A stretch of DNA of 50,855 bases, from positions 1 to 50,855 of IMG/VR virus record IMGVR_UViG_3300020045_006039; one strand, given 5' to 3'. The notes beneath the pieces were generated by a model that was not told the DNA's origin, made no database searches, and saw nothing but the letters and a program-made list of their open reading frames with translations. This document shows, piece after piece, positions 43,335 to 50,855 of this stretch (its first letter is position 1; each line of letters opens with the position of its first letter). Made by a program: the position numbers and the translations under genes. This DNA is from a virus (taxonomy: Duplodnaviria > Caudoviricetes).

Positions 43335-43657
43335 GCGAACCACACACGCACGTTTTGCAACTGTCTACACCAGACATGGATGACGGCAGCCGCGATATTG
43401 AGTGCTCGATCTGCTATGAACATTTCAGTACGCAGCAATTGATCGATGCGTACAACGATCGGCGCGTCGTTGCGATGCGGGCGATCGAACTGACGATCAA
43501 GGCGTGCGACAAAATAGTAAAGGTTGAGTACAACTATCAATCGCAGTTATCGCTAGTGGCAGCACAAGCCTGCTCAGATATACGAGATGGATTAAAAGAG
43601 CGCATCGACCGCGCTGCGATCGTTGAGAGCGCGATGAGCGAGGCGAAAGATGCTTGA
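43331..43657 (+). CDS. Hypothetical protein with CxxC
   Basis: ATGA coupling; CSIC. Confidence 0.55.
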   Translation: MSEPHTHVLQLSTPDMDDGSRDIECSICYEHFSTQQLIDAYNDRRVVAMRAIELTIKACDKIVKVEYNYQSQLSLVAAQACSDIRDGLKERIDRAAIVESAMSEAKDA

Positions 43658-43742
43658 GTTTATCATCGGCCTACTCATCGGATTCGTAGCGGGCGGCGCG
43701 ATCGGGTGGTGGGCAATTACGCAATACTTCAAAGCCCCGTAA
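43650..43742 (+). CDS. 30-aa single-TM peptide (not in ORF track)
   Basis: MLEFIIGLLIGFVAGGAIGWWAITQYFKAP; GAGG SD. Confidence 0.55.
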   Translation: MLEFIIGLLIGFVAGGAIGWWAITQYFKAP

Positions 43743-43800
43743 CAGCCGCCTCGCCTGAGCCGGTGACGGCGGGCGATGAGGATAACTAAACAGGAGAATC

Positions 43801-43989
43801 ATGGACGAGAAAACAGTAAGATTTAGAGTAGAGCGACATCAAGATAAAATTGAAATTGAACTTGTAAGCGGACAAGACTCTGCGACATTTACCGCGCCCG
43901 CCGACTCGTTCGTTGAGTTTGATCAAGCACTACATGCCGCAATCCTAGAATCTCAAGAGTGGGATCGCGTGCAAGAAGAAATCCGGTAG
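43801..43989 (+). CDS. Hypothetical acidic protein
   Basis: AGGAG SD. Confidence 0.6.
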   Translation: MDEKTVRFRVERHQDKIEIELVSGQDSATFTAPADSFVEFDQALHAAILESQEWDRVQEEIR

Positions 43990-44063
43990 CCCGCGCAGCG
44001 TCTCGCGGCGCAACGGGGCGGCGCGGGCGGTAGCGACAAACTTTTATCACGGAGGATAAAATA

Positions 44064-44492
44064 ATGTCAGATGAAATCAAGCAACACGCAATCGTTGAAC
44101 TGTTCGGACACAAAACCCTAGCAGGCTGCGTAACGAAAGACACTTCGGTCTTTCCGATGTTGCGGATCGATGTTCCGGCAACGAGTCAGTATCCAGCCTT
44201 CACAGCCGAGTACGGGCCGGGCGCGATCTATGGTATCCGCTATGTCAGCGAAGAAGTTGCGCAGCGCACCGCCGAGGCCATCAAGGAAAATCCTGTCACG
44301 GTGTACGCGCCCGATCTCGTCACGCGAGAAACATTCGACAGGACGATCAAGGAATACCAGGATCGGATTCGAGAGGCGCGGGCGCTATCGTCTGGCGATC
44401 ATGAATCCGATTTAGATGATGCCAAGATCGAAGATCACGGAATTGACGAAGATGAAATCGACGGCGTTGATACCGAGTTGATACCGTTTTAG
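44064..44492 (+). CDS. Phage hypothetical protein with acidic tail
   Basis: GGAGG SD; 'AIVELFGH..LAG...RIDVP...YGPGAIY'. Confidence 0.7.
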   Translation: MSDEIKQHAIVELFGHKTLAGCVTKDTSVFPMLRIDVPATSQYPAFTAEYGPGAIYGIRYVSEEVAQRTAEAIKENPVTVYAPDLVTRETFDRTIKEYQDRIREARALSSGDHESDLDDAKIEDHGIDEDEIDGVDTELIPF

Positions 44493-44520
44493 CCCGGAGT
44501 GGGCGGGTTAAAAAAACAAA

Positions 44521-44916
44521 ATGAAATCTAAAATCACTGCTAACGCTGGTAACACCAACACCCGCAAGATGGGCAATCGATCTTATCGGCGTTATCTGTC
44601 TGCTAACAGTGGTAACATTTCACCCCACGAAAAACGGGTATTAGTACGGCTCATTAAAGAATGCTACGCAATGGGCAAGACGTGGGAAGAGATTGCAGAC
44701 ACAGCTGGACATTCCGGCGGGTGGTGGAATGCAGTATCGCGCGGTGTTGGGCGCAACAAACCAACGCGCGCCGATCTTGACGCGATACGCATTGCATCGA
44801 ATATCTGGAAACACCAAAACAAGCGAGGCGCAGAAGTTAGCCGCCGCATGGTTGAGATTGCATCACACACCGCGCAGATACGGCGATTGTTAAATGAGTT
44901 AGTCGAAGTCATGTAG
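44521..44916 (+). CDS. XRE-like helix-turn-helix protein
   Basis: 'GKTWEEIADTAGHSGGWWNAVSRG...KPT'. Confidence 0.55.
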   Translation: MKSKITANAGNTNTRKMGNRSYRRYLSANSGNISPHEKRVLVRLIKECYAMGKTWEEIADTAGHSGGWWNAVSRGVGRNKPTRADLDAIRIASNIWKHQNKRGAEVSRRMVEIASHTAQIRRLLNELVEVM

Positions 44917-44982
44917 CGTACCGCCGCCCGCCGCTCGAAGTCGGCGCGGCGGGCGGGGGCGATGAAGCGAGGTGAATAAAAA

Positions 44983-45189
44983 ATGAAAGAGTCAATTTGT
45001 CCTAAGTGTGGAAATAAATTTAGCATGGGCTACAACGGTACGGTAAACGGTTGCGATAACTGTACCGGTGTCAAGCGTGACGCGGAGGGATTCGCGTGGT
45101 TTCCCGGTGAGGCAGAACACAACTATCAACCAAACGACAAAAGTTTATCAGAGTTTACAGTGTCGCGTGTTGTCGCTGGCGTTATTTAA
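44983..45189 (+). CDS. Small zinc-finger protein
   Basis: CPKC...CDNC; GAGGTG SD. Confidence 0.6.
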   Translation: MKESICPKCGNKFSMGYNGTVNGCDNCTGVKRDAEGFAWFPGEAEHNYQPNDKSLSEFTVSRVVAGVI

Positions 45190-46370
45190 TGATCAAGTTA
45201 ATCGCTCTCATCCTCATTGCCGCCGCGCTCTCCGCCTGCATCGTCGCGCCGGACGCGACGCCGCGCGCCGAGGCGCTGCGAGTTGCGCCGCCGGGGTTCA
45301 CGCCGCGCTCACTCGCGGGTCAGGACGCGGTAGCAAAAGATGATCTAACCGCCGCGCAACGACAGGCGAATGAAGTAGCCTATGCGATTGCCGAGGCGAC
45401 GGCACAGGCGCAGGCAACCATCGACGCGCTAAACTTTTCGGTCCAACAGTCAGCCGCAACCGCAACCGCGCAGAGCATGGCGATCAACGCGACGGCTACG
45501 AAACGCGCCGATGACATCATGGCAACTCAGCAAGCCATTGACGCACAGGTCAAGGCAACCCAAACCGCCGTGTCTATCGGCGCGGCGATTGAGGCGACGC
45601 GGCAAGTCGCGCATGAGCGGGCGGTAGCGTTCGATCTGTCCGCCGCGCAGAATCAGGCGGATCAGAGTCGGGCGCGTGAAAGTGCCGACATCATGGCGTG
45701 GATTTTTCGTTTCGGCGCGTTTGGAATCATGTCATTGATCGTCGTTCTGGGTTATCGATTGGCGCAATCGTTCAGCGATGCCGCGCAGTCCCGCGCCCTT
45801 GCCGCGAAATTAGTCTATGATGAATTTGGCCGTTACTTTTTAGACCGGAACACGCAAGGTCAAGTCACCATGACGCCGGTGCAATTTCTGAATGGCAACG
45901 TACCAGCGTCTCAGCAAGTGCTGGACAATGATGATGAAGAAGATGAGCCGGAAACTTTTCTTGACACGCGAACGAATACAGACGTCGAACGGGGTAATAA
46001 CGATTACTGGCAAAATGAAAAAGTCTGTCGCACAAATGCCTGTACCTTGCTTGAGGCCTCGATCGATTATTGGATTGCACAGAGCATTGACGGGCAGGCA
46101 TACAATATCTTGCCGTCCAGCCGCAACATGAAGCAATGGTCAACCGATTGGCGGGGAGCCAGTAAGCATGATTGGTATAGCAAGCCGATCGCAAAGTTTT
46201 TTGTTGAGGCGAAAGGCGAAGGGGGCAGGGTATTGGTAGACAAGAACTATCGATCCCTGAACGAATTGCTAACGGCTATCCGCCGCCATCACGCGCAGAT
46301 CGATGTGTACGGGCGCGATATGAACGGCAAACCCGTACCGCTCTCCCCGTCTGGGTCTGTCGCAAAATGA
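45189..46370 (+). CDS. Lipoprotein with Ala/Thr/Gln coiled region, internal TM helix and cytoplasmic domain
   Basis: Lipobox LSAC; ATAQA-type repeats; TM WIFRFGAFGIMSLIVVLGY. Confidence 0.7.
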   Translation: MIKLIALILIAAALSACIVAPDATPRAEALRVAPPGFTPRSLAGQDAVAKDDLTAAQRQANEVAYAIAEATAQAQATIDALNFSVQQSAATATAQSMAINATATKRADDIMATQQAIDAQVKATQTAVSIGAAIEATRQVAHERAVAFDLSAAQNQADQSRARESADIMAWIFRFGAFGIMSLIVVLGYRLAQSFSDAAQSRALAAKLVYDEFGRYFLDRNTQGQVTMTPVQFLNGNVPASQQVLDNDDEEDEPETFLDTRTNTDVERGNNDYWQNEKVCRTNACTLLEASIDYWIAQSIDGQAYNILPSSRNMKQWSTDWRGASKHDWYSKPIAKFFVEAKGEGGRVLVDKNYRSLNELLTAIRRHHAQIDVYGRDMNGKPVPLSPSGSVAK

Positions 46371-46384
46371 AAATCGCAAGCGTG

Positions 46385-46431
46385 GGAACGGAACGGATTC
46401 AATCGGAACGCATAATCGGAACGGTGGAACG
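46385..46431 (+). repeat. Five GGAACG direct repeats
   Basis: Copies at 46385, 46390, 46405, 46418 and 46426; AATCGGAACG occurs twice. Confidence 0.8.
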
Positions 46432-46451
46432 ATGAGCGAGGTTCAAAAGTA

Positions 46452-46856
46452 ATGAGTAATATCAACGTTATTAAACCGAAAGGTGAATTGTGCGAGTTGC
46501 GCGAATGTCCAGTTGGCTTGTTTCTGCATGGCGATACGCTTTGTGTTTTAACAGAATATACTGGCAACGTTTTTATTGTTGAGTCAGGTGAGGCGTTTTG
46601 GGCTGGAACAAATAATAATTACGATCGATATAGCGTTACGGTTCAGCCCTGCGAGATCATTTCAGAAGGTAGCGCCTTTCGAGAATTATTCCCAAAGATT
46701 ATGGCCTCGCTGCTTAAACAGATCGATCGAGCGGAGCGAGCGGAACACATGGTTGATTTAATGATGCTGAATGCCGAATCAAAACTAGCCGAGCGAATAG
46801 CGGGCATGACCTTCGCTGAATTTCAGGCGGAGTTTGGGCCGAAAGAAAAACCATGA
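46452..46856 (+). CDS. Hypothetical protein
   Basis: GAGG SD; ATGA coupling downstream. Confidence 0.6.
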   Translation: MSNINVIKPKGELCELRECPVGLFLHGDTLCVLTEYTGNVFIVESGEAFWAGTNNNYDRYSVTVQPCEIISEGSAFRELFPKIMASLLKQIDRAERAEHMVDLMMLNAESKLAERIAGMTFAEFQAEFGPKEKP

Positions 46857-47422
46857 CAACTGGCTTTGAGACTTACGCGATAATCTGCATTGTGATGCTG
46901 GCTATCTTTGCTCTGGCATGGCGGGCGCTTGGTCGGCACGTCACGGTCAACAACCACAACGCACCCACTGCCACAGCCAACGCCACAAGCGAAGCGCCTG
47001 CCCCCGCCTCACTCAAGCGCAACCTGGCGGGCGGCTTGCTGAGTGTGGCGATCGTTGCCGCGGTCGTGTTGCTGGTCGGTACGATGCTAGGCACGCAGAT
47101 AGCCGCGCCTGCTAAGCAACCCGCAGTTGTGCCACAGGCCGCGCCGGTCGCTATTCCGATTGAGATTGAGGCGGAGTATACGCCCGTTCAATTGCCGCGC
47201 TATGAGTCGGCAACCGATCTGGGGCAGATAGCGGGGCTTGCGTTTGTCCTGTGTGTTCTGGGCGCGATTCTGTGGGCAGTGTCGCGCCGGACGCCGAAGG
47301 CGCAGGCCGCGCCGCCTGCCGTTCGACGTGGATCGCGGATCACGAAGATCGAGCGGGTTGATGGGTTGCAGGCCGATCTGTTTACGCAGGCGGCAAAAAA
47401 ACTGAATGCGTTGAAGAAGTGA
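46853..47422 (+). CDS. Three-TM membrane protein
   Basis: Three hydrophobic segments with Pro/Ala linkers. Confidence 0.65.
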   Translation: MTTGFETYAIICIVMLAIFALAWRALGRHVTVNNHNAPTATANATSEAPAPASLKRNLAGGLLSVAIVAAVVLLVGTMLGTQIAAPAKQPAVVPQAAPVAIPIEIEAEYTPVQLPRYESATDLGQIAGLAFVLCVLGAILWAVSRRTPKAQAAPPAVRRGSRITKIERVDGLQADLFTQAAKKLNALKK

Positions 47423-47480
47423 GCCGCGCCGATCGCTAACGACGGCGGCGGATAAAACGTATCAATAAGGATTATGAAAA

Positions 47481-47678
47481 ATGTATTACGAAGAAAAGAT
47501 AATCAACGGGGTTTTGTCGCATCGAAGCACGCCTGATGGGGAGTGGATTCCATTTACAATCGAGGCGCTATCAATTGCCTACATCTCGCAGCAGAGTACC
47601 ATTAACTCATACGGATTTCAGATCAACAACCTGAAAGAAACTCTCGATCGAATCAAGAAACTATTACCGCGAGACTGA
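47481..47678 (+). CDS. Hypothetical protein
   Basis: AAGGA SD. Confidence 0.6.
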   Translation: MYYEEKIINGVLSHRSTPDGEWIPFTIEALSIAYISQQSTINSYGFQINNLKETLDRIKKLLPRD

Positions 47679-47754
47679 CTAGCCGCCCGCCGCAGTCGGG
47701 GCAATGGGTGCGACTGCGAAACGATAACGATACGAACAAATAGGAGAAAATTAA

Positions 47755-48069
47755 ATGTCTGGAAATGATTTTGAGGTATTCAAGGCAAACCAGTATTCTT
47801 TTCAGGGAGTTGTATTTCACCCGCTCAAGCGTCCAAACATGCGCGCCGAAATTGCAATAAAACTGGCGGAGCATTTCGCCATCGTCGCCGGTCAAGAGGA
47901 TGGAGAAGATTCGGCTGGACGCCGCGCCTTCAAATTGCAGTCACCCGATCAGGTTGTAGCACGCGCATGTGGTATTGCTGATGGGTTAGTAAATGAATTT
48001 GAGTCTCGCGGCTGGATTGTGGATGTGCCTGCATACAATGATATTGGCGTTTTAGAGAAAACTAAATAG
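47755..48069 (+). CDS. Hypothetical protein
   Basis: AGGAG SD. Confidence 0.6.
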   Translation: MSGNDFEVFKANQYSFQGVVFHPLKRPNMRAEIAIKLAEHFAIVAGQEDGEDSAGRRAFKLQSPDQVVARACGIADGLVNEFESRGWIVDVPAYNDIGVLEKTK

Positions 48070-48103
48070 CCCTCCGTCTATCGCGGGTAAATCAAAATAA
48101 CAG

Positions 48104-48138
48104 AAACACGACACCTAACAGGTGTCGTGTTTTTATTT
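48104..48138 (+). terminator. Terminator between convergent operons (likely bidirectional)
   Basis: Perfect 13-bp stem AAACACGACACCT/AGGTGTCGTGTTT with a T-rich tail. Confidence 0.85.
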
Positions 48139-48399
48139 CGCCCGCCACGCCACCACGCGCCGCCCGCGCGCGTCGTACACGAACCCCGCAACCCTAGCCA
48201 GCCGCTTGTCACGATCGAGCCGCCGCGTGATCGTCGTGTCGGATAGCGGACGCAAGCCAGCCGCGATTAGACCGGCGTTGTAGTCTGCGATCGTGATGTC
48301 ATCGGGCTGCAAGCGGGCGGCGGCTTGCTCGGCAATGAGCGAATCGAGTAAAGCAAATGGAGACGCGGCTTTAGTATGCCTTGATGTTTGACGAGGCAT
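48133..48399 (-). CDS. Small winged-helix-like protein
   Basis: Overlaps the phosphoesterase stop; last gene of the late operon. Confidence 0.45.
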   Translation of the reverse strand: MPRQTSRHTKAASPFALLDSLIAEQAAARLQPDDITIADYNAGLIAAGLRPLSDTTITRRLDRDKRLARVAGFVYDARGRRVVAWRAK

Positions 48400-49150
48400 A
48401 GAATTTACCCCCTATCGATCGAGCCTGATAAACAGCGTATGTGCCATCACTGAATAACCACCCGTAAGCAAAGCCATGACTCCACTTCAACTTCCCAGTT
48501 TTTCTATTGATGTAATCTTGATCGAGTTTGCATAGGCAACCGATCGATCGAGCCTCGCGTTGATCGAGTCCAGGCACTTGATAAGATTCGATCGCGTGTG
48601 TATGGCCGAATATACAATTGTTGTAAATGCGCGCGTGCTGGACACATGCATTAAGCCCCGCATGGTAGCCATGAATAATCTTGAGGTGTCCAAGTCTTAG
48701 CACGCCCGCGCGTGCATCATACGGCCAAAGTGTAGCATGGTGTTTTTTGACCAACGCCTTAATATCATTAACCGCAAATTGGCCTAGCGCCCGCCTCTCG
48801 GCGTATGGCGATTTTAGCAAGTCCCACACTCGTACATCGTGATTGCCTAGCATTAAATGATTTGCGGACTCACTCGAAAAGAATGAATCCGCAAACTTTT
48901 CACCCGCTGTATAATCTACGTCTAGCAATTCCGCGCGCTCGTCCTCGCTTGCCCCCTTGCGTAACGCCGCGAAGTTCCACAAGTCACCTGCGATAACTCT
49001 CACTTGTGGCTTGAAGTCACGCGCAAACTTTAACGCCGCCTTGACCGCTCGTGGGTCTTGCTCTGAGCCGTGTATATCAGCAACAGCCATGAAGCGGCGC
49101 GGCTGTACACTACTGCGTACAGATCGCGGGCGCGGTTTTGGATTGGTCAA
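48371..49150 (-). CDS. Calcineurin-like metallophosphoesterase
   Basis: DIH, GD, GNHD, HG and GHTH motifs. Confidence 0.9.
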   Translation of the reverse strand: MTNPKPRPRSVRSSVQPRRFMAVADIHGSEQDPRAVKAALKFARDFKPQVRVIAGDLWNFAALRKGASEDERAELLDVDYTAGEKFADSFFSSESANHLMLGNHDVRVWDLLKSPYAERRALGQFAVNDIKALVKKHHATLWPYDARAGVLRLGHLKIIHGYHAGLNACVQHARIYNNCIFGHTHAIESYQVPGLDQREARSIGCLCKLDQDYINRKTGKLKWSHGFAYGWLFSDGTYAVYQARSIGGKFYASSNIKAY

Positions 49151-49509
49151 CGCTGCCCTCGATTGCGCGGCAAGCGCAATAACGGATCGCTGTCGCGCAT
49201 CTTGCGGCGAATAGACGGCGTATCGGCGGCCTCAATTTCGCCGCGAGAAATTGCTAAGGCTTGCTGGATAATAGCGGGGTGGTCGTGCGCTAAATGCGCC
49301 ACGACAAATGATAGCGCGGCTTCTGAATTGTCGCCATCCGTTATCCGCTCGCGCAGTTCGTCACGCTCTTTTTTGAGGCGATCGTAATCGTCGCGCAGTT
49401 CGGAGCGTTGCATCTCTCGATCCTCTTTGCGAAACTTCCGCAAGTTAAGATACAAGCCGATGACGATACCCGCGCCGGTCAGCAATTGGATCGTGGTGGA
49501 CAAGTCCAT
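49147..49509 (-). CDS. N-terminal TM plus coiled-coil protein (holin/lysis accessory-like)
   Basis: One TM helix followed by a charged coiled coil. Confidence 0.55.
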   Translation of the reverse strand: MDLSTTIQLLTGAGIVIGLYLNLRKFRKEDREMQRSELRDDYDRLKKERDELRERITDGDNSEAALSFVVAHLAHDHPAIIQQALAISRGEIEAADTPSIRRKMRDSDPLLRLPRNRGQR

Positions 49510-49511
49510 TA

Positions 49512-49808
49512 TCAGCGGCCTATGCGTTTGAGTAATTTATTGATCGCGTTGTTAAGCGTACCGTTGAACAGAAACAGAATCATACACAGGCCGCTCATCA
49601 TATTCGCCGGTCTAAATATAGCGATCCTGATTTGCAACGATTCGGCGCTGTGGGGGTCGGCCATCAATAACAGGTAGTAGGCCGCCAGAAACACTTGTGG
49701 CAATATCCAGGCGGCAGTCAGATAGTTTTGCTTGTGTTTGCTATAAACAAACAACAGGCCAATGATCGCTAGTGTTTCAGCCAGAGCAAACCAGTCAGAT
49801 ATTAGCAT
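49512..49808 (-). CDS. Three-TM membrane protein (holin-like)
   Basis: Three hydrophobic segments, basic C-terminus. Confidence 0.55.
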   Translation of the reverse strand: MLISDWFALAETLAIIGLLFVYSKHKQNYLTAAWILPQVFLAAYYLLLMADPHSAESLQIRIAIFRPANMMSGLCMILFLFNGTLNNAINKLLKRIGR

Positions 49809-49822
49809 TTCATGTGCCTACC

Positions 49823-50245
49823 TTAAGATAACCGCGCGCACGTCATATACAGCGCATAGGCCGACGTGCCGAAAATGCCCGTATGCGTTACGGCATAAGT
49901 AACGTTACCGCTGGCGAGTTGTATCTCTACCGTGCCGCTTGCGCGCCCCACTGCGGTTAGCGCGATCGTGCCGGTCGCTGTCGTTGCGCCCGCCGCATCT
50001 GTCCAGGCGATCGTAACTGTGACCGTGCCCGCCAAAACATCGGCGGTGGTTGCCAATAAAACGTAATGAATGAGATATGTTCCAGCCGTACCCGCGTCGG
50101 TAAAATTCGTTGCGCCGATGTCCGCCGTTTGCGCCGTCAGCGCGATCGTGTCGGTGATGATCGGAATGTCGCCAACGTCAGGTATAAGCCGCGTCTCTAA
50201 ATCGTCCAGCCTACGCAAGATGTCCTGATAATCTAAGTAATCCAC
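49823..50245 (-). CDS. Tail tip/short fibre-like protein
   Basis: N-terminal 'ILRRLDDLETR' coil then a Thr/Ala/Gly beta domain; follows Tal. Confidence 0.55.
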   Translation of the reverse strand: MDYLDYQDILRRLDDLETRLIPDVGDIPIITDTIALTAQTADIGATNFTDAGTAGTYLIHYVLLATTADVLAGTVTVTIAWTDAAGATTATGTIALTAVGRASGTVEIQLASGNVTYAVTHTGIFGTSAYALYMTCARLS

Positions 50246-50855
50246 TAATAGACCTCAAGCGCGCCCGTGATTTTTTCCTGCCCGGTCTCGCTAACCTTGC
50301 CGTTGATCTGTCGAATCATGGCGCTATTTTGCTGGCCTGCGTAGGACGTTTTTACCTTATCGCCCAACCCCCAGACAACGCCATAGGGTTGCGCGTCGGT
50401 GCTGATCAACGTCCCCTTGAACACTTGCCGCACACGCCCCGCAACTAGGGCGGAATCGGCCAACGCCTGCCGCTGTGTTGCTGTAATAACCGACTTGGCG
50501 TCAATCACCTTTTCGCGCCACGCCCAGATCGAGGCCGTATTGCGCGCCGTGTCGCTGGCTGTCTTGGCGTTGGTTGAATCCTTTGGGTGATTGCCGATTG
50601 CGTAAATAAAGTTAGCCTCGTCGGTTGCGTCGATATTCAGATCGGGTGTTTCGATATTGCCAAAGTCAGGCGAGATGCTAAAGACATTGCCCGCCGCTGT
50701 ACGATCGACGCCACGCTGATCTTTGTAAGTGCGAAATTCAACCTTTGTTTCATTGACCGGCACAACATCGAAGTACAGATCAACTCCGCCGTTGCGTGAT
50801 TCCTGCGCCAATGATACGCACAGATCGTATAGATTCTTGGCGTAGCCGTTGCGAG
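50245..50855 (-). CDS. 3' part of baseplate hub/Tal-like minor tail protein (joined to 1..608)
   Basis: 'YGVVWGLGDKV' motif; in frame across the terminal overlap. Confidence 0.8.
   Translation of the reverse strand, partial: RNGYAKNLYDLCVSLAQESRNGGVDLYFDVVPVNETKVEFRTYKDQRGVDRTAAGNVFSISPDFGNIETPDLNIDATDEANFIYAIGNHPKDSTNAKTASDTARNTASIWAWREKVIDAKSVITATQRQALADSALVAGRVRQVFKGTLISTDAQPYGVVWGLGDKVKTSYAGQQNSAMIRQINGKVSETGQEKITGALEVY
50735..50855. repeat. Terminal direct repeat, copy 2
   Basis: Identical to 1-121. Confidence 0.97.

Noticed and set aside
46385-46431. CRISPR array or replication iterons
   Set aside because: Repeats are only 6-10 bp with irregular short spacing, and there is no cas or rep gene.
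50735-50855. 121-bp terminal repeat as a biological terminal repeat or att site
   Set aside because: It falls mid-gene and is an exact overlap of k-mer-like length, so it is best explained as an assembly circularisation overlap.

Overview
The window is a complete, circularly assembled genome of a tailed dsDNA phage with a siphovirus-type tail. The unit length is 50,734 bp, and bases 1-121 are repeated exactly at 50735-50855. A long minus-strand late operon starts near 26.07 kb and runs holin, M23 endolysin, TerS/TerL, Mu-like portal, gpF, protease, capsid, neck, two tube paralogues, chaperones, tape measure, Dit and Tal. It wraps through the contig ends to a terminator at about 48.1 kb. Divergent early promoters at 42.4-42.5 kb drive a left arm (RecT-like annealing protein, MT-A70 and C5 methyltransferases, RNase HI, nucleases, many small ORFs) and a right arm (small ORFs, an HTH protein, membrane proteins). 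I recognise no integrase, initiator, helicase, primase or polymerase. Protein style suggests a Chloroflexota host (inference only). The best candidate for a new system is at 33.5-34.4 kb, where a replication module would normally sit. It contains a ~300-nt multi-stem non-coding RNA, a counter-transcribed three-hairpin small RNA and an intact RNase HI gene, which resembles a ColE1-type RNA-primed replicon. Other notable signals are hyper-iterated CGATCG, C4/CI-like attenuator leaders ahead of both methyltransferases, an overprinted second frame inside the C5 MTase, GC-rich hairpin linkers between AT-rich gene cassettes, and a tRNA-like element. All calls come from reading the sequence by eye; no searches or folding programs were run.
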